A stretch of 64,000 nucleotides of DNA from Candidatus Sumerlaeaceae bacterium. Its GTDB lineage: Bacteria; Sumerlaeota; Sumerlaeia; Sumerlaeales; Sumerlaeaceae. Shown one piece after another: positions 19,194 to 29,422 of this stretch. Both the position numbers and the translations under genes were made by a program. The notes below the pieces were generated by a model. The model had not been told where the DNA came from and did not search any database. It was given only the letters and a program-made list of their open reading frames with translations. The stretch is from NCBI GenBank assembly GCA_026418615.1, contig JAOAAY010000001.1, positions 142,052 through 206,051 of the forward strand, given 5' to 3'. Each line of letters starts with the position of its first letter. Position 1 is the stretch's first letter.

Positions 19194-20912
19194 ATGAAGA
19201 CGATCATCAGCCTCCTCGATTCAGCCTTCCGCGCGGCGATTGACGCCGCCACCGGATTGCACGCCGACCCGCTCATCACTCCCGCGACGAACGAGCGCTT
19301 CGGTGATTACCAGTCCAACGCCGCCATGAGCCTCGCGAAGCAGATCCCCGCAGCACAGGGCGGCAAGATCAACCCGCGCGAACTCGCCCAGCGGATCGTC
19401 GAAAAACTCGACCTCGGCCCCATGGCCTCCGAAGTGAGCATCGCCGGCCCCGGATTTATCAATGTGCGGCTTTCCCCCGCGTGGCTTGCAGCCCAACTGG
19501 CCTCCGTGGCCTCAGATCCGCGGCTTGGGGTTGAACGCGCCGCTTCACCCGTTCGGGTCGTCATTGATTATTCCGGACCCAATGTTGCCAAACAAATGCA
19601 TGTTGGCCACTTGCGCAGCACGGTCATCGGCGACGCACTCAGCCGCATCATTGAATTCTTTGGCCATGAGGTCATCCGCCAGAACCATTTGGGCGATTGG
19701 GGAACCCAGTTCGGGATGCTCATTGCCCATTTGCGCGAAATCGGGCTTGGTGCCGACGCACACATCGCTGATCTGGAAACCTTTTATCGGGAAGCCAAGG
19801 AACGATTTGATTCTGATCCGGCGTTTCAGGACAAGGCCCGCCACACCGTGGTCCGACTGCAAAGCGGCGAACCGGAGGAACTGGCCGCCTGGCAGCGCAT
19901 CGTCGAGGAAACCCGGCTGCACTACCAACCGTTGTACGAGCGTCTCGGAGTGCTTCTCCGGCGGGAACACGAGCGCGGCGAATCGTTCTATAATCCGCTG
20001 TTGGGACCGGCGGTCGAGGACTTGCGCGCCAAAGGGATCGCCGTTGAAAGCGAGGGCGCCGTGGTCGTCTTCGTCGAAGGCTACGACACCCCGCTGATCG
20101 TCCAAAAATCCGGCGGCGGTTATCTTTACGCGACAACCGATTTGGCAGCCATCCGGTTCCGTGTTTCGGAACTTGGCGCGCGGCGCATCATTTACACTCA
20201 CGATGTGCGCCAGTCGCAGCATTTCGCCATGGTATTTGCTGTCGCACGACGCGCCGGTTGGGCCGATGGCGTGGAACTCGATTTCGCTCCCTTCGGGGCG
20301 ATGCTGGGCGAGGACGGGCGACCGTTCAAAACCCGCAGCGGGGACACGGTGAAACTCAAGGACCTGCTCGACGAAGCCGAGGAACGCGCGTTTGTGATTG
20401 TCAGCGAGAAAAACCCTGAACTCCCCGAGCCGCAGCGCCGCGCCATTGCCAGGGCTGCCGGCATCGGAGCGGTGAAATACGCCGACCTCGCCAAGGATCG
20501 CGTCGGCGACTATGTCTTCTCGTGGGACCGGATGCTGGCGCTCGACGGCAACACGGCGCCTTACATGCAGTACGCTTGCGCCCGCATCAAGAGCATCGTC
20601 CGCAAGGCAGGGGGCGACACGGGTAATCCGACCGCCATATCCTTGGACACACCGCACGAGCAGGTGCTCGCCCGACAGATCCTGCGGCTGGGTGAAGTCC
20701 TTGCCGTGGTGGAGCGAGAACTCAAACCCCACCATTTATGCGGATGGCTGTACGACCTGGCGACGCGCTTCAGCGCCTTCTACGAGAATTGTCCCGTCTT
20801 GATCAGTGACGGCCCGCTGCGTGCCGGACGCCTCGCCCTGTGCGCCCTTACAGCGCGGGCTCTGGAACTGGGTCTCGACTTGCTCGGGATCGAGCACCCC
20901 GATCAGATGTGA
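19194..20912 (+). CDS. argS: Arginine--tRNA ligase
   Basis: FGDYQSN, AGPGFIN, PNVAKQMHVGHLRST, GDWGTQFG, FKTRSG, GNTAPYMQY. Confidence 0.97.
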   Translation: MKTIISLLDSAFRAAIDAATGLHADPLITPATNERFGDYQSNAAMSLAKQIPAAQGGKINPRELAQRIVEKLDLGPMASEVSIAGPGFINVRLSPAWLAAQLASVASDPRLGVERAASPVRVVIDYSGPNVAKQMHVGHLRSTVIGDALSRIIEFFGHEVIRQNHLGDWGTQFGMLIAHLREIGLGADAHIADLETFYREAKERFDSDPAFQDKARHTVVRLQSGEPEELAAWQRIVEETRLHYQPLYERLGVLLRREHERGESFYNPLLGPAVEDLRAKGIAVESEGAVVVFVEGYDTPLIVQKSGGGYLYATTDLAAIRFRVSELGARRIIYTHDVRQSQHFAMVFAVARRAGWADGVELDFAPFGAMLGEDGRPFKTRSGDTVKLKDLLDEAEERAFVIVSEKNPELPEPQRRAIARAAGIGAVKYADLAKDRVGDYVFSWDRMLALDGNTAPYMQYACARIKSIVRKAGGDTGNPTAISLDTPHEQVLARQILRLGEVLAVVERELKPHHLCGWLYDLATRFSAFYENCPVLISDGPLRAGRLALCALTARALELGLDLLGIEHPDQM

Positions 20913-20919
20913 GAACACA

Positions 20920-22023
20920 TTAATCAAGCACACCCTCGGCAAGACCCGGCGGCAATGGCTGCGGCCGCTCGCACGCGCAAACGATGTCCACAAACTGATG
21001 CGCCGCAGCAGACTCGTGTAACGCCTGCATCACATCAACCACATGAAGTGCAAGCGCCTCCGAGCACCTGTGCTGGCGACCTGTCTCGATCGCGCGCGCC
21101 ATGTCGGCGACGCCGAGTCCGCGCCAATTGTCCAAATAACCGTGCGTCAGCGGCATTTCTCGCCAAGAAGTCTCGCCCCGCCGACACAGACGCACCGGAC
21201 CGCCGAACCCGTTCGGGTCCGGCACGCTCAGGCTGCCTTCCGATCCGTAAACCTCAATACGCGGCAAATCCGCGAATGGGACATCGAAACTCGTGACAAG
21301 TGTGACGATCACACCGTCTGCCAGTTCCAGCAGGCCCGTAACATGTGTAGGAACTTGCACCGGTATGCTGGCACCCCGGCGCGGTCCGCTTCCCACGACA
21401 CGCTCGGCATGACCCCGCGCCGTCATCCCCGCCACACGCCGGACCGGCCCGAGCATGGCGACCAGTGCCGCCAGATAATAAGGCCCCATGTCAAACATGG
21501 GACCGCCACCCGGTTGATAGTAAAAAGCGGGATCGGGGTGCCACGACTCGTGACCGGGGCAGGTGAAGAAGGCCGTTGCCGCCACCGGCCGGCCAATCGC
21601 CCCGTCATGAATCAATTGGATACATGACTGAATACCGGCGCCCAGGATTGTGTCCGGGGCGCAGCCGATCCGCAAATTGCGGGACTTTGCCACATCACAC
21701 AGCCGGCGGGCGTCATTGCGGGTCAGGGCAAGCGGCTTCTCGCTATAAACGGATTTTCCGGCATCCAAAGCCGCCTCGGAAACCGGGGCGTGGGCAGCCG
21801 GCACGGTGAGATTCACAACAATCTGAATGTCCGGATCAGTCAGGAGATTCTCTGGCGTACAAGCCCGTCCGACCCCGCAGGCCTTGGCGGCCGCGCCAGC
21901 GCGCGCCATGTCGAGATCGGCACACGCCACCAACCGCAGCCAGGGAAACCGCTGAAGATTTCGCAAGTAAACCGCGCTGATATTCCCGCAGCCAATGACG
22001 CCCACACCCGTTGCCTGTGTCAT
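20920..22023 (-). CDS. Gfo/Idh/MocA family oxidoreductase
   Basis: GVIGCGNIS, SEKPL, CAPDT.LG, GGGPMFDMGPYY. Confidence 0.9.
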   Translation of the reverse strand: MTQATGVGVIGCGNISAVYLRNLQRFPWLRLVACADLDMARAGAAAKACGVGRACTPENLLTDPDIQIVVNLTVPAAHAPVSEAALDAGKSVYSEKPLALTRNDARRLCDVAKSRNLRIGCAPDTILGAGIQSCIQLIHDGAIGRPVAATAFFTCPGHESWHPDPAFYYQPGGGPMFDMGPYYLAALVAMLGPVRRVAGMTARGHAERVVGSGPRRGASIPVQVPTHVTGLLELADGVIVTLVTSFDVPFADLPRIEVYGSEGSLSVPDPNGFGGPVRLCRRGETSWREMPLTHGYLDNWRGLGVADMARAIETGRQHRCSEALALHVVDVMQALHESAAAHQFVDIVCACERPQPLPPGLAEGVLD

Positions 22024-22679
22024 GACAGTCTCCCTGCCGCCCAAAGCAGCCCTCGCTCGACAATGGTCAGAGCCTCGGGCACCTCAAAGTCCGCAACGGT
22101 ATGGCCAAACGACGCATAAAAGACCCGGCCTGCCCCCCAGCGCCGCGTCCAGACCACCGGCATGACCGTGCCATGACCGGTTGGCGCATCAGGACAGTCG
22201 AAAACGGTGGTCGCCAGCACCGTGTTGGACGGGTCAGTGTGCATGTAATATTGTTCCGTGTTGTGCATCTCGAACGGGCCGATTCCTGCAGTGACAGGAT
22301 GCGGCACATCTGTCGGGCGCACCGTGTACACCGGGATGCAGTTGCCCGGGTGAGCCACCCATTGCCCGCCGGTCATCCATTGATATTCTGGATTATTGCG
22401 GAAAGAGTCGCACATCGTGCCGTGCCAACCGCCTACACCCGCTCCCGACCGCACGGCGTCGAGCAGCCCGCGCTCCTGCTCCGGTGTCAGCACTCCCATC
22501 GTCCACACCGGAACAATCAGCGCCACGGCGGCCATCAGGTTAGTATCGGCCAAACAATCGAGTGCGTCCGACATGACCACCTCGAACCCATGCTGCGCAA
22601 GCCGACCCGCAAACAGCGCAGCGGATTCGCGGGGTGTGTGTCCCTCCCAACCGCCCACTACAAACAGTGCCTTGCTCAT
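22020..22679 (-). CDS. ThuA-like domain protein
   Basis: GGWEGH.P, GGWHG, GGQWVAHPG, EQYYMH.DP, GRVFY.SFGH; 4-bp overlap with the Gfo gene. Confidence 0.85.
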   Translation of the reverse strand: MSKALFVVGGWEGHTPRESAALFAGRLAQHGFEVVMSDALDCLADTNLMAAVALIVPVWTMGVLTPEQERGLLDAVRSGAGVGGWHGTMCDSFRNNPEYQWMTGGQWVAHPGNCIPVYTVRPTDVPHPVTAGIGPFEMHNTEQYYMHTDPSNTVLATTVFDCPDAPTGHGTVMPVVWTRRWGAGRVFYASFGHTVADFEVPEALTIVERGLLWAAGRLS

Positions 22680-22707
22680 GACACTCCCAGCCTGCCGGAC
22701 GCCGGCA

Positions 22708-23337
22708 TCAATCAAAGTCTGGCGGCAGGTCCGGCCGCCGAACCAACTCGAACATCCGATGGATCTGCTCGCGGGTCACCCGGGAAAGAGACAGGTCCAC
22801 CGGGATCTCCTCTTCTGCGAAGAACTCCACGCGCCCCGTCTCGGCGCTGGATCTGGCCTCGCCGCCAGTCATCTCGCACTGAAAATAGATCTTGTAGACA
22901 TGCACGGGCATGGGGGGTTCATGCCCCCTGAGGCTCCGGTCGTACAAGGCCAGCAGCCGCACAGGACGCACCTCGAAGCCTGACTCCTCGCGAACCTCCC
23001 GCACACAGTTTTCCGCCGGCGAGGCGTTCACATCAGCCCAGCCGCCCGGCAGTGTCCACCTCCCGCCGTCGGCCAGTTCCTGAACAAGCAAAATGCGCCA
23101 ATCCTGCATCACCACCACACGCACATCGACCTTCGGGGTGATGTACCCGGTATCAACGCGGAACAGGTCGAGGATCTTCTCCGCCGGCGCGCCCGACTGG
23201 GCGGCGGCCATTTCCGCAGCGATCCGCAGCACCGCTGTGTAGCGGTCGCGGTCGTATTCGTTGCTTGCGTAATGCAAACCCGTTTGGGCGAGCGCGTGCA
23301 GTTCCTTCACCCATGCCAGCCACCGTGGCTCTGTCAT
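22708..23337 (-). CDS. NUDIX hydrolase (YjhB-like, with N-terminal Nudix_N domain)
   Basis: AQTGL.Y, GYITPKVDVR and the Nudix box PGGWADVNASPAENCVREVREESG. Confidence 0.9.
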   Translation of the reverse strand: MTEPRWLAWVKELHALAQTGLHYASNEYDRDRYTAVLRIAAEMAAAQSGAPAEKILDLFRVDTGYITPKVDVRVVVMQDWRILLVQELADGGRWTLPGGWADVNASPAENCVREVREESGFEVRPVRLLALYDRSLRGHEPPMPVHVYKIYFQCEMTGGEARSSAETGRVEFFAEEEIPVDLSLSRVTREQIHRMFELVRRPDLPPDFD

Positions 23338-23347
23338 GTGCGGATCG

Positions 23348-24946
23348 TCACTTGTACAGGAAATATTTTTCTCGCTCTTTGGCATAGCGGTCGCGCTCCG
23401 CCGCCCACATGGCGCTCACCTCGGCTCCGCTCTTTCCCGCTTTCAGCGCTGCGCGCACCTTGTTTGTGCCCATCACCTTGTTGAACATGGCAACACGGTT
23501 GCGGCGCTTGACCGGATCCGCCCCGGCGCCGCTGTCGAGAAACTCCTGTTCCGGATACAGCCGGTTGATCACGGCGATGATGTGCATGGAGGCCTCGACT
23601 GGCATCACCTTGTCATAGTCCGTGATGTGGATTTGCACGCCGCCACACATTTTATCTTTGAACACATGGTAGTAAGGGCGGAAATACGCCGGGCGGAAGA
23701 CGAGACCCGGCAGACCCTCACGGTTGAGTTCCGCGGCCAGCCGGTCCGGGTCAATCCAAGGCGCTCCAAAGTAGGCAAACGGCAGCGGATAGCCCACGCC
23801 CTCGTTGATCACATTGAGTTCGCCAAAGGTGCCCGTGAGCGCAATGTACCAGCAAGCCTCCGGCACCTGCATGTGGGTCGAGGTCGGGATCCACGGCAGG
23901 CCGGTGTCCCACCATTTCATGTCGCGAGTCCAGCCTTTCATCGGCACCACGGTCAGATCGCAGCCTATGCCCGTCTCGGTGTTCAGCCACCCGGCCAACT
24001 CCCCTTGAGTCAGGCCGTATAAGTATGCGACAGGCGCCCAAGCCACGAGCGTGACATACGACGGGTCGGCCACATTGCCGGAAACAAGGTTGCCGCCCAT
24101 GGGGTTTGGGCGGTCGAGCACCCAGAACTCCTTGCCGTTTTCCGCCGCAGCCTGCATGCAGAGTTTCATAGTTCCCGGATAAGTGTACGACCGGTTGCCG
24201 ATATCCTGTATGTCGTACATCAGCACATCGACATTCTCGAGCATGGAGGGACGCGGCTTGTTCTGCGGACGCCCCTTCTTATCGCGCCCGTGCAGGCTGT
24301 AGACGATGACTCCCGTCCGCTCGTCCACGCGTGTCTCAACCTTCTCCCCCGCACGCTCGGCGCCGCGAACGCCGTGTTCTGGAGCAAACAAAGCCGTCAA
24401 TTTGATGTCCGGATGGCTGGCCAGTTTATCAATCGTCGAGACGAAAGCACTGTCCATGCCGGTGGGATTTGTAATCAATCCGATGCGCTTGCCTTTGAGC
24501 CGCGCCAACAGTTCCGGACTGTCGAACAGCACTTCGTTGCCAAGGCGCACCTTTACCCCCGGAATCCGGGCCTTGAACGGTTCCACCTTGCCCGCCGACT
24601 GTCGCCACCGAGCATTCGAGGCCGAAGAGATGGCGTCCGCTTGACGCGCGCGCTCGTCCGCCAGTTTTGCCACGGCTTCGGTCGTCCGTAGGTCTGCGAA
24701 AGCCGGCGGCGTGGTAACAAACTCGTCCTGAAAAAACGCTTCGGTGCGCTCCGGCGACACGCTCGTGTCGCCAAAGAGGTGTTTGAAGTCCTCATCCGTC
24801 ACCGGGCCCTTGGCGTTGCGCGGGAGAGGCTTGGCTGTGCCGTCGGGCGGCGTGGTAGTCCCTGTATCAGTGCTCACTGCATATCCCGCTGCGGCAGTGG
24901 CAACCGTCACCGCCGTCAGGCAGGCGGTCAGGTAATGATGAAACAT
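23348..24946 (-). CDS. Exo-beta-N-acetylmuramidase NamZ family (DUF1343), secreted, with N-terminal extension
   Basis: GLITNPTG, LFAPEHG, DIQDIGNRSYTY, LDRPNP, W.PTS; signal peptide. Confidence 0.88.
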   Translation of the reverse strand: MFHHYLTACLTAVTVATAAAGYAVSTDTGTTTPPDGTAKPLPRNAKGPVTDEDFKHLFGDTSVSPERTEAFFQDEFVTTPPAFADLRTTEAVAKLADERARQADAISSASNARWRQSAGKVEPFKARIPGVKVRLGNEVLFDSPELLARLKGKRIGLITNPTGMDSAFVSTIDKLASHPDIKLTALFAPEHGVRGAERAGEKVETRVDERTGVIVYSLHGRDKKGRPQNKPRPSMLENVDVLMYDIQDIGNRSYTYPGTMKLCMQAAAENGKEFWVLDRPNPMGGNLVSGNVADPSYVTLVAWAPVAYLYGLTQGELAGWLNTETGIGCDLTVVPMKGWTRDMKWWDTGLPWIPTSTHMQVPEACWYIALTGTFGELNVINEGVGYPLPFAYFGAPWIDPDRLAAELNREGLPGLVFRPAYFRPYYHVFKDKMCGGVQIHITDYDKVMPVEASMHIIAVINRLYPEQEFLDSGAGADPVKRRNRVAMFNKVMGTNKVRAALKAGKSGAEVSAMWAAERDRYAKEREKYFLYK

Positions 24947-25039
24947 GGCAAATGGCTCCGTTGAAGAGAGGTGGCCGATTCATACTGCGCACACTGATGC
25001 CGCCTCACGACCGAGGCAACCCCGAACGGCAGGTGGGTA

Positions 25040-25768
25040 CTATTCCTCGGCCGCCAGACGCTTTTGATTAACGATCGTGATTGTCCGTCCCCGCGTCGTG
25101 ATCGCTCCGTTGGCTGCCAACTGAGCCAGCATGCGCGAGAAGGTCTCCGGAGTCATACCCAGCGAGGCAGCCAAATCGCGCTTAGTTCCCTCAATGCGCA
25201 CCGTACGCGATCCGTCGGCGCCCCGCATGGACGGTTGATCGAGAAGCCACGAGACCAGCCGTTGGCGAGCGGGCTGAGTGCTTTGTTGTTCAAGCCGGTC
25301 GGCCAGTTCGCTCAGCCGCATCGCCAAAGACGCTATCATACATCGCGACAAGTCCGGCCGCTGCGCAAGCAGGTCGAGGAAAGTGTTTCCGGACACAAGA
25401 ACCAATTCAGCATCCGGTGTCACCACGCGTCCGTTGGCCGGAAAGGACCGGCCGAGAAAAAGCGCCGCACAGGCGACCACGGCCCCTTTCCCCACCTCAT
25501 GTAAAGCGACCTCGCGGCCATCCGCCGTGATCCGATATAACTGCACGCGCCCTTCGGTGAGCAGATATAGGGCGTCACAGGCAGCACCCTCCAAAAAGAG
25601 CGTGCTTCCACGGCGCGGACGCACGATCCGGCTCATAGCCGCCACGCGCATCAGGTCCGCCCCGCTCCACCCCCGAAACAGCGGGTGCGAGGCCAAACGC
25701 CCAGCGACCATCGCCGCCGAGTCAGGCGCCTGCTGCGAACCCATTTCGCGTGTCCGTTTCAGAGCCAT
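25040..25768 (-). CDS. Crp/Fnr family transcriptional regulator (HcpR-like)
   Basis: cNMP-binding fold and HTH LAASLGMTPETFSR; divergent from hcp. Confidence 0.88.
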   Translation of the reverse strand: MALKRTREMGSQQAPDSAAMVAGRLASHPLFRGWSGADLMRVAAMSRIVRPRRGSTLFLEGAACDALYLLTEGRVQLYRITADGREVALHEVGKGAVVACAALFLGRSFPANGRVVTPDAELVLVSGNTFLDLLAQRPDLSRCMIASLAMRLSELADRLEQQSTQPARQRLVSWLLDQPSMRGADGSRTVRIEGTKRDLAASLGMTPETFSRMLAQLAANGAITTRGRTITIVNQKRLAAEE

Positions 25769-25812
25769 GCCAAGTGCTCACCGACCGTGCGGTTCAAATC
25801 AATGTCTCGGAA

Positions 25813-25828
25813 CTTGACTGGCGTCAAG
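25813..25828. promoter_or_regulatory. Crp/Fnr-type palindromic operator CTTGAC-N4-GTCAAG
   Basis: Perfect palindrome between the divergent regulator and hcp, with FNR-box geometry (TTGAT-N4-ATCAA). Confidence 0.75.
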
Positions 25829-25918
25829 GCGTCAATCCGGACCGATGCGGTACGCTCCCTCCCCATCACAGCCGGATCACCGCCCCATGATTCGGAACTC
25901 AGATAGGAGAGAAAACCC

Positions 25919-27250
25919 ATGAGTACGCCATTCTGCAGTCCGATGTACTGCGACCAATGCGAACAAACTTTCCGCGGTCGGGCCTGCACGGAGATAGGAG
26001 TCTGCGGCAAGGACCCCGACATGGAGTCGCTGCAAAAGATCCTGCTGTACGGCCTCAAAGGCATGGCCGCCTATGCTCACCACGCGCGCAGGCTGGGCAT
26101 GGTGGATGAGGAGGTGGACGCCTTCATGGAGGAGGCGTTGTTTGCCACCGTCACCAATGTGAACTTCGACATCCCCACCCTCCTCGAGATGGTGCTCGAG
26201 TGTGGCCGGATGAACCTGCGAGTCATGCAGATGCTCAACGACGGCCACCTGAAAGTCATGGGTCAACCGTCGCCCGTCGAGGTCACGGAGGGGATTCAGG
26301 AGGGCATGGGCATCCTCGTCACCGGCCATGATTTGGTGGATCTCAAAGACCTGCTCGAGCAGACCGAGGGCACCGGCATCAAAGTTTACACCCATGGTGA
26401 AATGCTGCCGGCTCACATGTACCCGGAGTTGCGAAAATACCAACACCTTGCGGGGCATTATGGCGGCGCTTGGCAAAAGCAGCGCGACGAGTTCGAAGCC
26501 TTCGGCGGACCCATCCTCGGCACCACTAATTGTGTGCTCATTCCTTGGCCAACCAATACCTATCTGGATCGCTTCTACACCACCCGGGCCACCGCCGTAC
26601 CGGGCGCGACGCGTCTGAAAACCAATGACTTCTCGGCTGTCATCCGGCGCGCTCAACAGATCGGACCGCTCAAGCCAACAGCCGTGAAGAAATCCACGAT
26701 CGGGTTTCATGCATCCGTTCTCCTCGGCTTGGCTGACAAAATCGTGGATGCCGTCAAAAAGGGTCAAATCGGCCGATTCTTCGTCATTGGCGGCTGCGAC
26801 GGTGCGGAGCCGGGCCGCAATTACTTTGCCGAGTTCGCCCAAAACACCCCTGCCAACACCCTGATTCTGACGCTCGGTTGCGGCAAATACCGGATCCGCG
26901 ATTACGACTACGGAACCATCAAATTGAACGGCTTGGAGGTGCCGCGCCTGCTCGACATGGGGCAATGCAACGATGCCTACGGAGCAGTACAAGTGGCCCT
27001 TGCGCTCGCAAGAGCCTTCGAGTGCGGCGTGAACGATTTGCCGCTAACTCTTGTGATCAGTTGGTTTGAGCAAAAGGCTGTGGCCGTCCTTCTCACCTTG
27101 CTGCATCTCGGCGTCAAAGGCATCCGACTCGGGCCAGCATTGCCAGCCTTTATCACCCCGAATGTTCTTAAAGTATTACAGGAACAATTTGACCTCAAAC
27201 CCATTGGCACGAATGCTGCCGCCGATGTGGAACTCGTCATGGCCCGGTGA
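25919..27250 (+). CDS. hcp: Hybrid cluster protein (hydroxylamine/NO reductase), short form
   Basis: MYCDQCEQT..C..GVCGK, TGHDL, YTHGEMLPAH, TTNC, GGCDG, LGCGK, DMGQCND, SWFEQKA. Confidence 0.96.
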   Translation: MSTPFCSPMYCDQCEQTFRGRACTEIGVCGKDPDMESLQKILLYGLKGMAAYAHHARRLGMVDEEVDAFMEEALFATVTNVNFDIPTLLEMVLECGRMNLRVMQMLNDGHLKVMGQPSPVEVTEGIQEGMGILVTGHDLVDLKDLLEQTEGTGIKVYTHGEMLPAHMYPELRKYQHLAGHYGGAWQKQRDEFEAFGGPILGTTNCVLIPWPTNTYLDRFYTTRATAVPGATRLKTNDFSAVIRRAQQIGPLKPTAVKKSTIGFHASVLLGLADKIVDAVKKGQIGRFFVIGGCDGAEPGRNYFAEFAQNTPANTLILTLGCGKYRIRDYDYGTIKLNGLEVPRLLDMGQCNDAYGAVQVALALARAFECGVNDLPLTLVISWFEQKAVAVLLTLLHLGVKGIRLGPALPAFITPNVLKVLQEQFDLKPIGTNAAADVELVMAR

Positions 27251-27338
27251 TACCGCCATTCGCTGCCAGTCCCCGCGGTGCTTGGGTGCCCACGGCGTGC
27301 AGGATTGGATCCATAACTGGGTTGATTGGTGACGGTCC

Positions 27339-27385
27339 CGACAACCTCCCACTCGTCGCAGCGGGCGGGAGGTTGTCGCTCTTTT
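27339..27385 (+). terminator. Intrinsic terminator downstream of hcp (between convergent hcp and cstA)
   Basis: 12-bp perfect stem CGACAACCTCCC/GGGAGGTTGTCG followed by CTCTTTT. Confidence 0.75.
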
Positions 27386-27400
27386 GTCGCCCGACGCCCC

Positions 27401-29203
27401 TTAGTCGGCCGCAGGTCCGGCCACGACAGGTGCATCCGACGGCAACCTCTCCCCGCCGGGCGGGCGGGTGAATGCGTGCCAAGTCCTCAGCGCCTCCACG
27501 ACCAGCCACACCGACAGAGCGATGAGCATGACCGTGATGCCAAACTGGAAGTGACGGATGATTTCCAAGGTCTGACCGGAACGCCACAAACCGATGTAGG
27601 CATGCGCGCCCAAGGCGAGGCTCCACAAGGTCATCACCATCATGAAGAGGGTCGGCACGAGCGCTACCCACCACGCCAGTCCTTTGCGGGCCAACCAAAC
27701 GGTGACAGCCAACAGAGTGAGTGCCGCAAGCAACTGGTTGCTGCTGCCGAAGATGCCCCAGAATATTTGCCAGAGAGGCATCGGTTTGCCCCCCCATTCT
27801 ACGCGCGGCAGCGATACGGCCACGACGGGAATCACGAGGCAGACGACCGTCGCCACCACGGCTTGGGCGCGGGTGGTCCAGCCGAAAAGTTCCATCAGCA
27901 CATAGCGCGCCAGCCTCGTGCAGGCATCCAGAGTATCAAAGACAAAAGTGGCAAAACATAGAAGGCCGAACTGAAAGAGAAAGTCGAACACCACGGCGCG
28001 GTTGAGACCCGTCAGCGTGACCAGCCGCGCGCCAAAATCCGCAATGCCATGGGCATAAATCCAATCGGGACCGCGCTTCAGGTCGCCACCAGCGAGAATC
28101 ATCACAGTCGCGAGGCTGACGCAGGCAAAGAACCCCTCCAACAGCATGGCACCGTAGGCGACCGGGCGGGCGTCCGTCTCGCGATCCAACTGTTTGCTGG
28201 TTGTCCCGCTTGCCACGATGCTGTGAAAGCCCGAGCAAGCCCCGCAGGCGACCGTTATGAACAAAATCGGGAACAGCGGCAGGGCGCCTTGTACCGGATG
28301 CTGATACGACCAGCCACGGAAAAAGTCCTGCTGGATCGGGATACCCCCCGCGAGACTCCCCGCCACGATGCCTCCGACCGCGAGAATCATGACAATGTAC
28401 AAAAAATAACCGCCCAACTCTCCCCGCGGCTGGAGCAGGATCCAGACTGGCGCCAGCGCCGCAAGAAAGCAGTACCCGAGCAGGATATACCCCCACACCT
28501 GTTGCGCACGGTCTCCGACGAAAGGGCGCAAATCCAAGGGAAGGTGCGGGCCGGCCCAGATCGCAACAAAGACGAGCGGCAGAAAAATCGCCTTCGCCTT
28601 CACAGGCCCCAAATTGGTGAACCGCAGGACCAAACCCATCGCCACGGCGAGTAGCAAATAAAGACTCGACGAGGAAGCCACACCCGGCCCGGATGCCGTG
28701 CCACCCTCGCGGCTGGCTTCGGCTACAAAGGTGCCCGCCGTGACATCCGTGAAGGCCACGATGACATACACGAGTGCGAACCAAACAAAAATCAGGAACA
28801 GAACATATGCGCGAGGGTTCATGTACTGCCGCACAATTTCCGCCACCGAGCGTCCGCGGTGGCGAACGCTGGCCACGAGCGCGGTAAAATCATGGATGCC
28901 GCCAATCAGTGCCGAGCCGAGGAGAATCCACAGCCACGCAGGCCCCCATCCGAAATAGATCGCGGCGAGGATCGGGCCTACGATCGGCCCCGCAGCCGCA
29001 ATCGCCGAAAAGTGCTGCGGCAGAAGATAAGACATGCGCGCCGGCTCGTAGTCCAGACCATCGCGCTGCGTATGGGCAGGCACCGGCGCATCCGGCCGAA
29101 GGTTGAGCATCCTTTGCAGTGCCCGACCCACAAGCGCGTACGCGGTCATCAGCACCACAAACGAAACCATAAGAAAAGCCAGCAAACCCATGGAATCCAC
29201 CAC
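27401..29203 (-). CDS. cstA: Carbon starvation protein A family transporter
   Basis: HFSAIAAAGPIVGPI, ITVACGACSGFHS, YGAML.EG, FGSSNQLLA. Confidence 0.92.
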   Translation of the reverse strand: MVDSMGLLAFLMVSFVVLMTAYALVGRALQRMLNLRPDAPVPAHTQRDGLDYEPARMSYLLPQHFSAIAAAGPIVGPILAAIYFGWGPAWLWILLGSALIGGIHDFTALVASVRHRGRSVAEIVRQYMNPRAYVLFLIFVWFALVYVIVAFTDVTAGTFVAEASREGGTASGPGVASSSSLYLLLAVAMGLVLRFTNLGPVKAKAIFLPLVFVAIWAGPHLPLDLRPFVGDRAQQVWGYILLGYCFLAALAPVWILLQPRGELGGYFLYIVMILAVGGIVAGSLAGGIPIQQDFFRGWSYQHPVQGALPLFPILFITVACGACSGFHSIVASGTTSKQLDRETDARPVAYGAMLLEGFFACVSLATVMILAGGDLKRGPDWIYAHGIADFGARLVTLTGLNRAVVFDFLFQFGLLCFATFVFDTLDACTRLARYVLMELFGWTTRAQAVVATVVCLVIPVVAVSLPRVEWGGKPMPLWQIFWGIFGSSNQLLAALTLLAVTVWLARKGLAWWVALVPTLFMMVMTLWSLALGAHAYIGLWRSGQTLEIIRHFQFGITVMLIALSVWLVVEALRTWHAFTRPPGGERLPSDAPVVAGPAAD

Positions 29204-29422
29204 GCCAATTCTTTCCCGTTGTCCCGGCGTTGTCGGTCATGCCGACGCGACCCGTTCGGTAGTTTGCTCCAGCGGCAGGTTCCGATGCAACATCGTAGAT
29301 GCCCTCACCCGCCACATACGCGTTTGCCCTTGATATTCCTGCCCCTATGGCGCGAATCAGGATTTCCGTCGGCAGTGCAGGCGCCTCAATTCAACGATTT
29401 GGCGGGGGCATAAGCGCACCGG

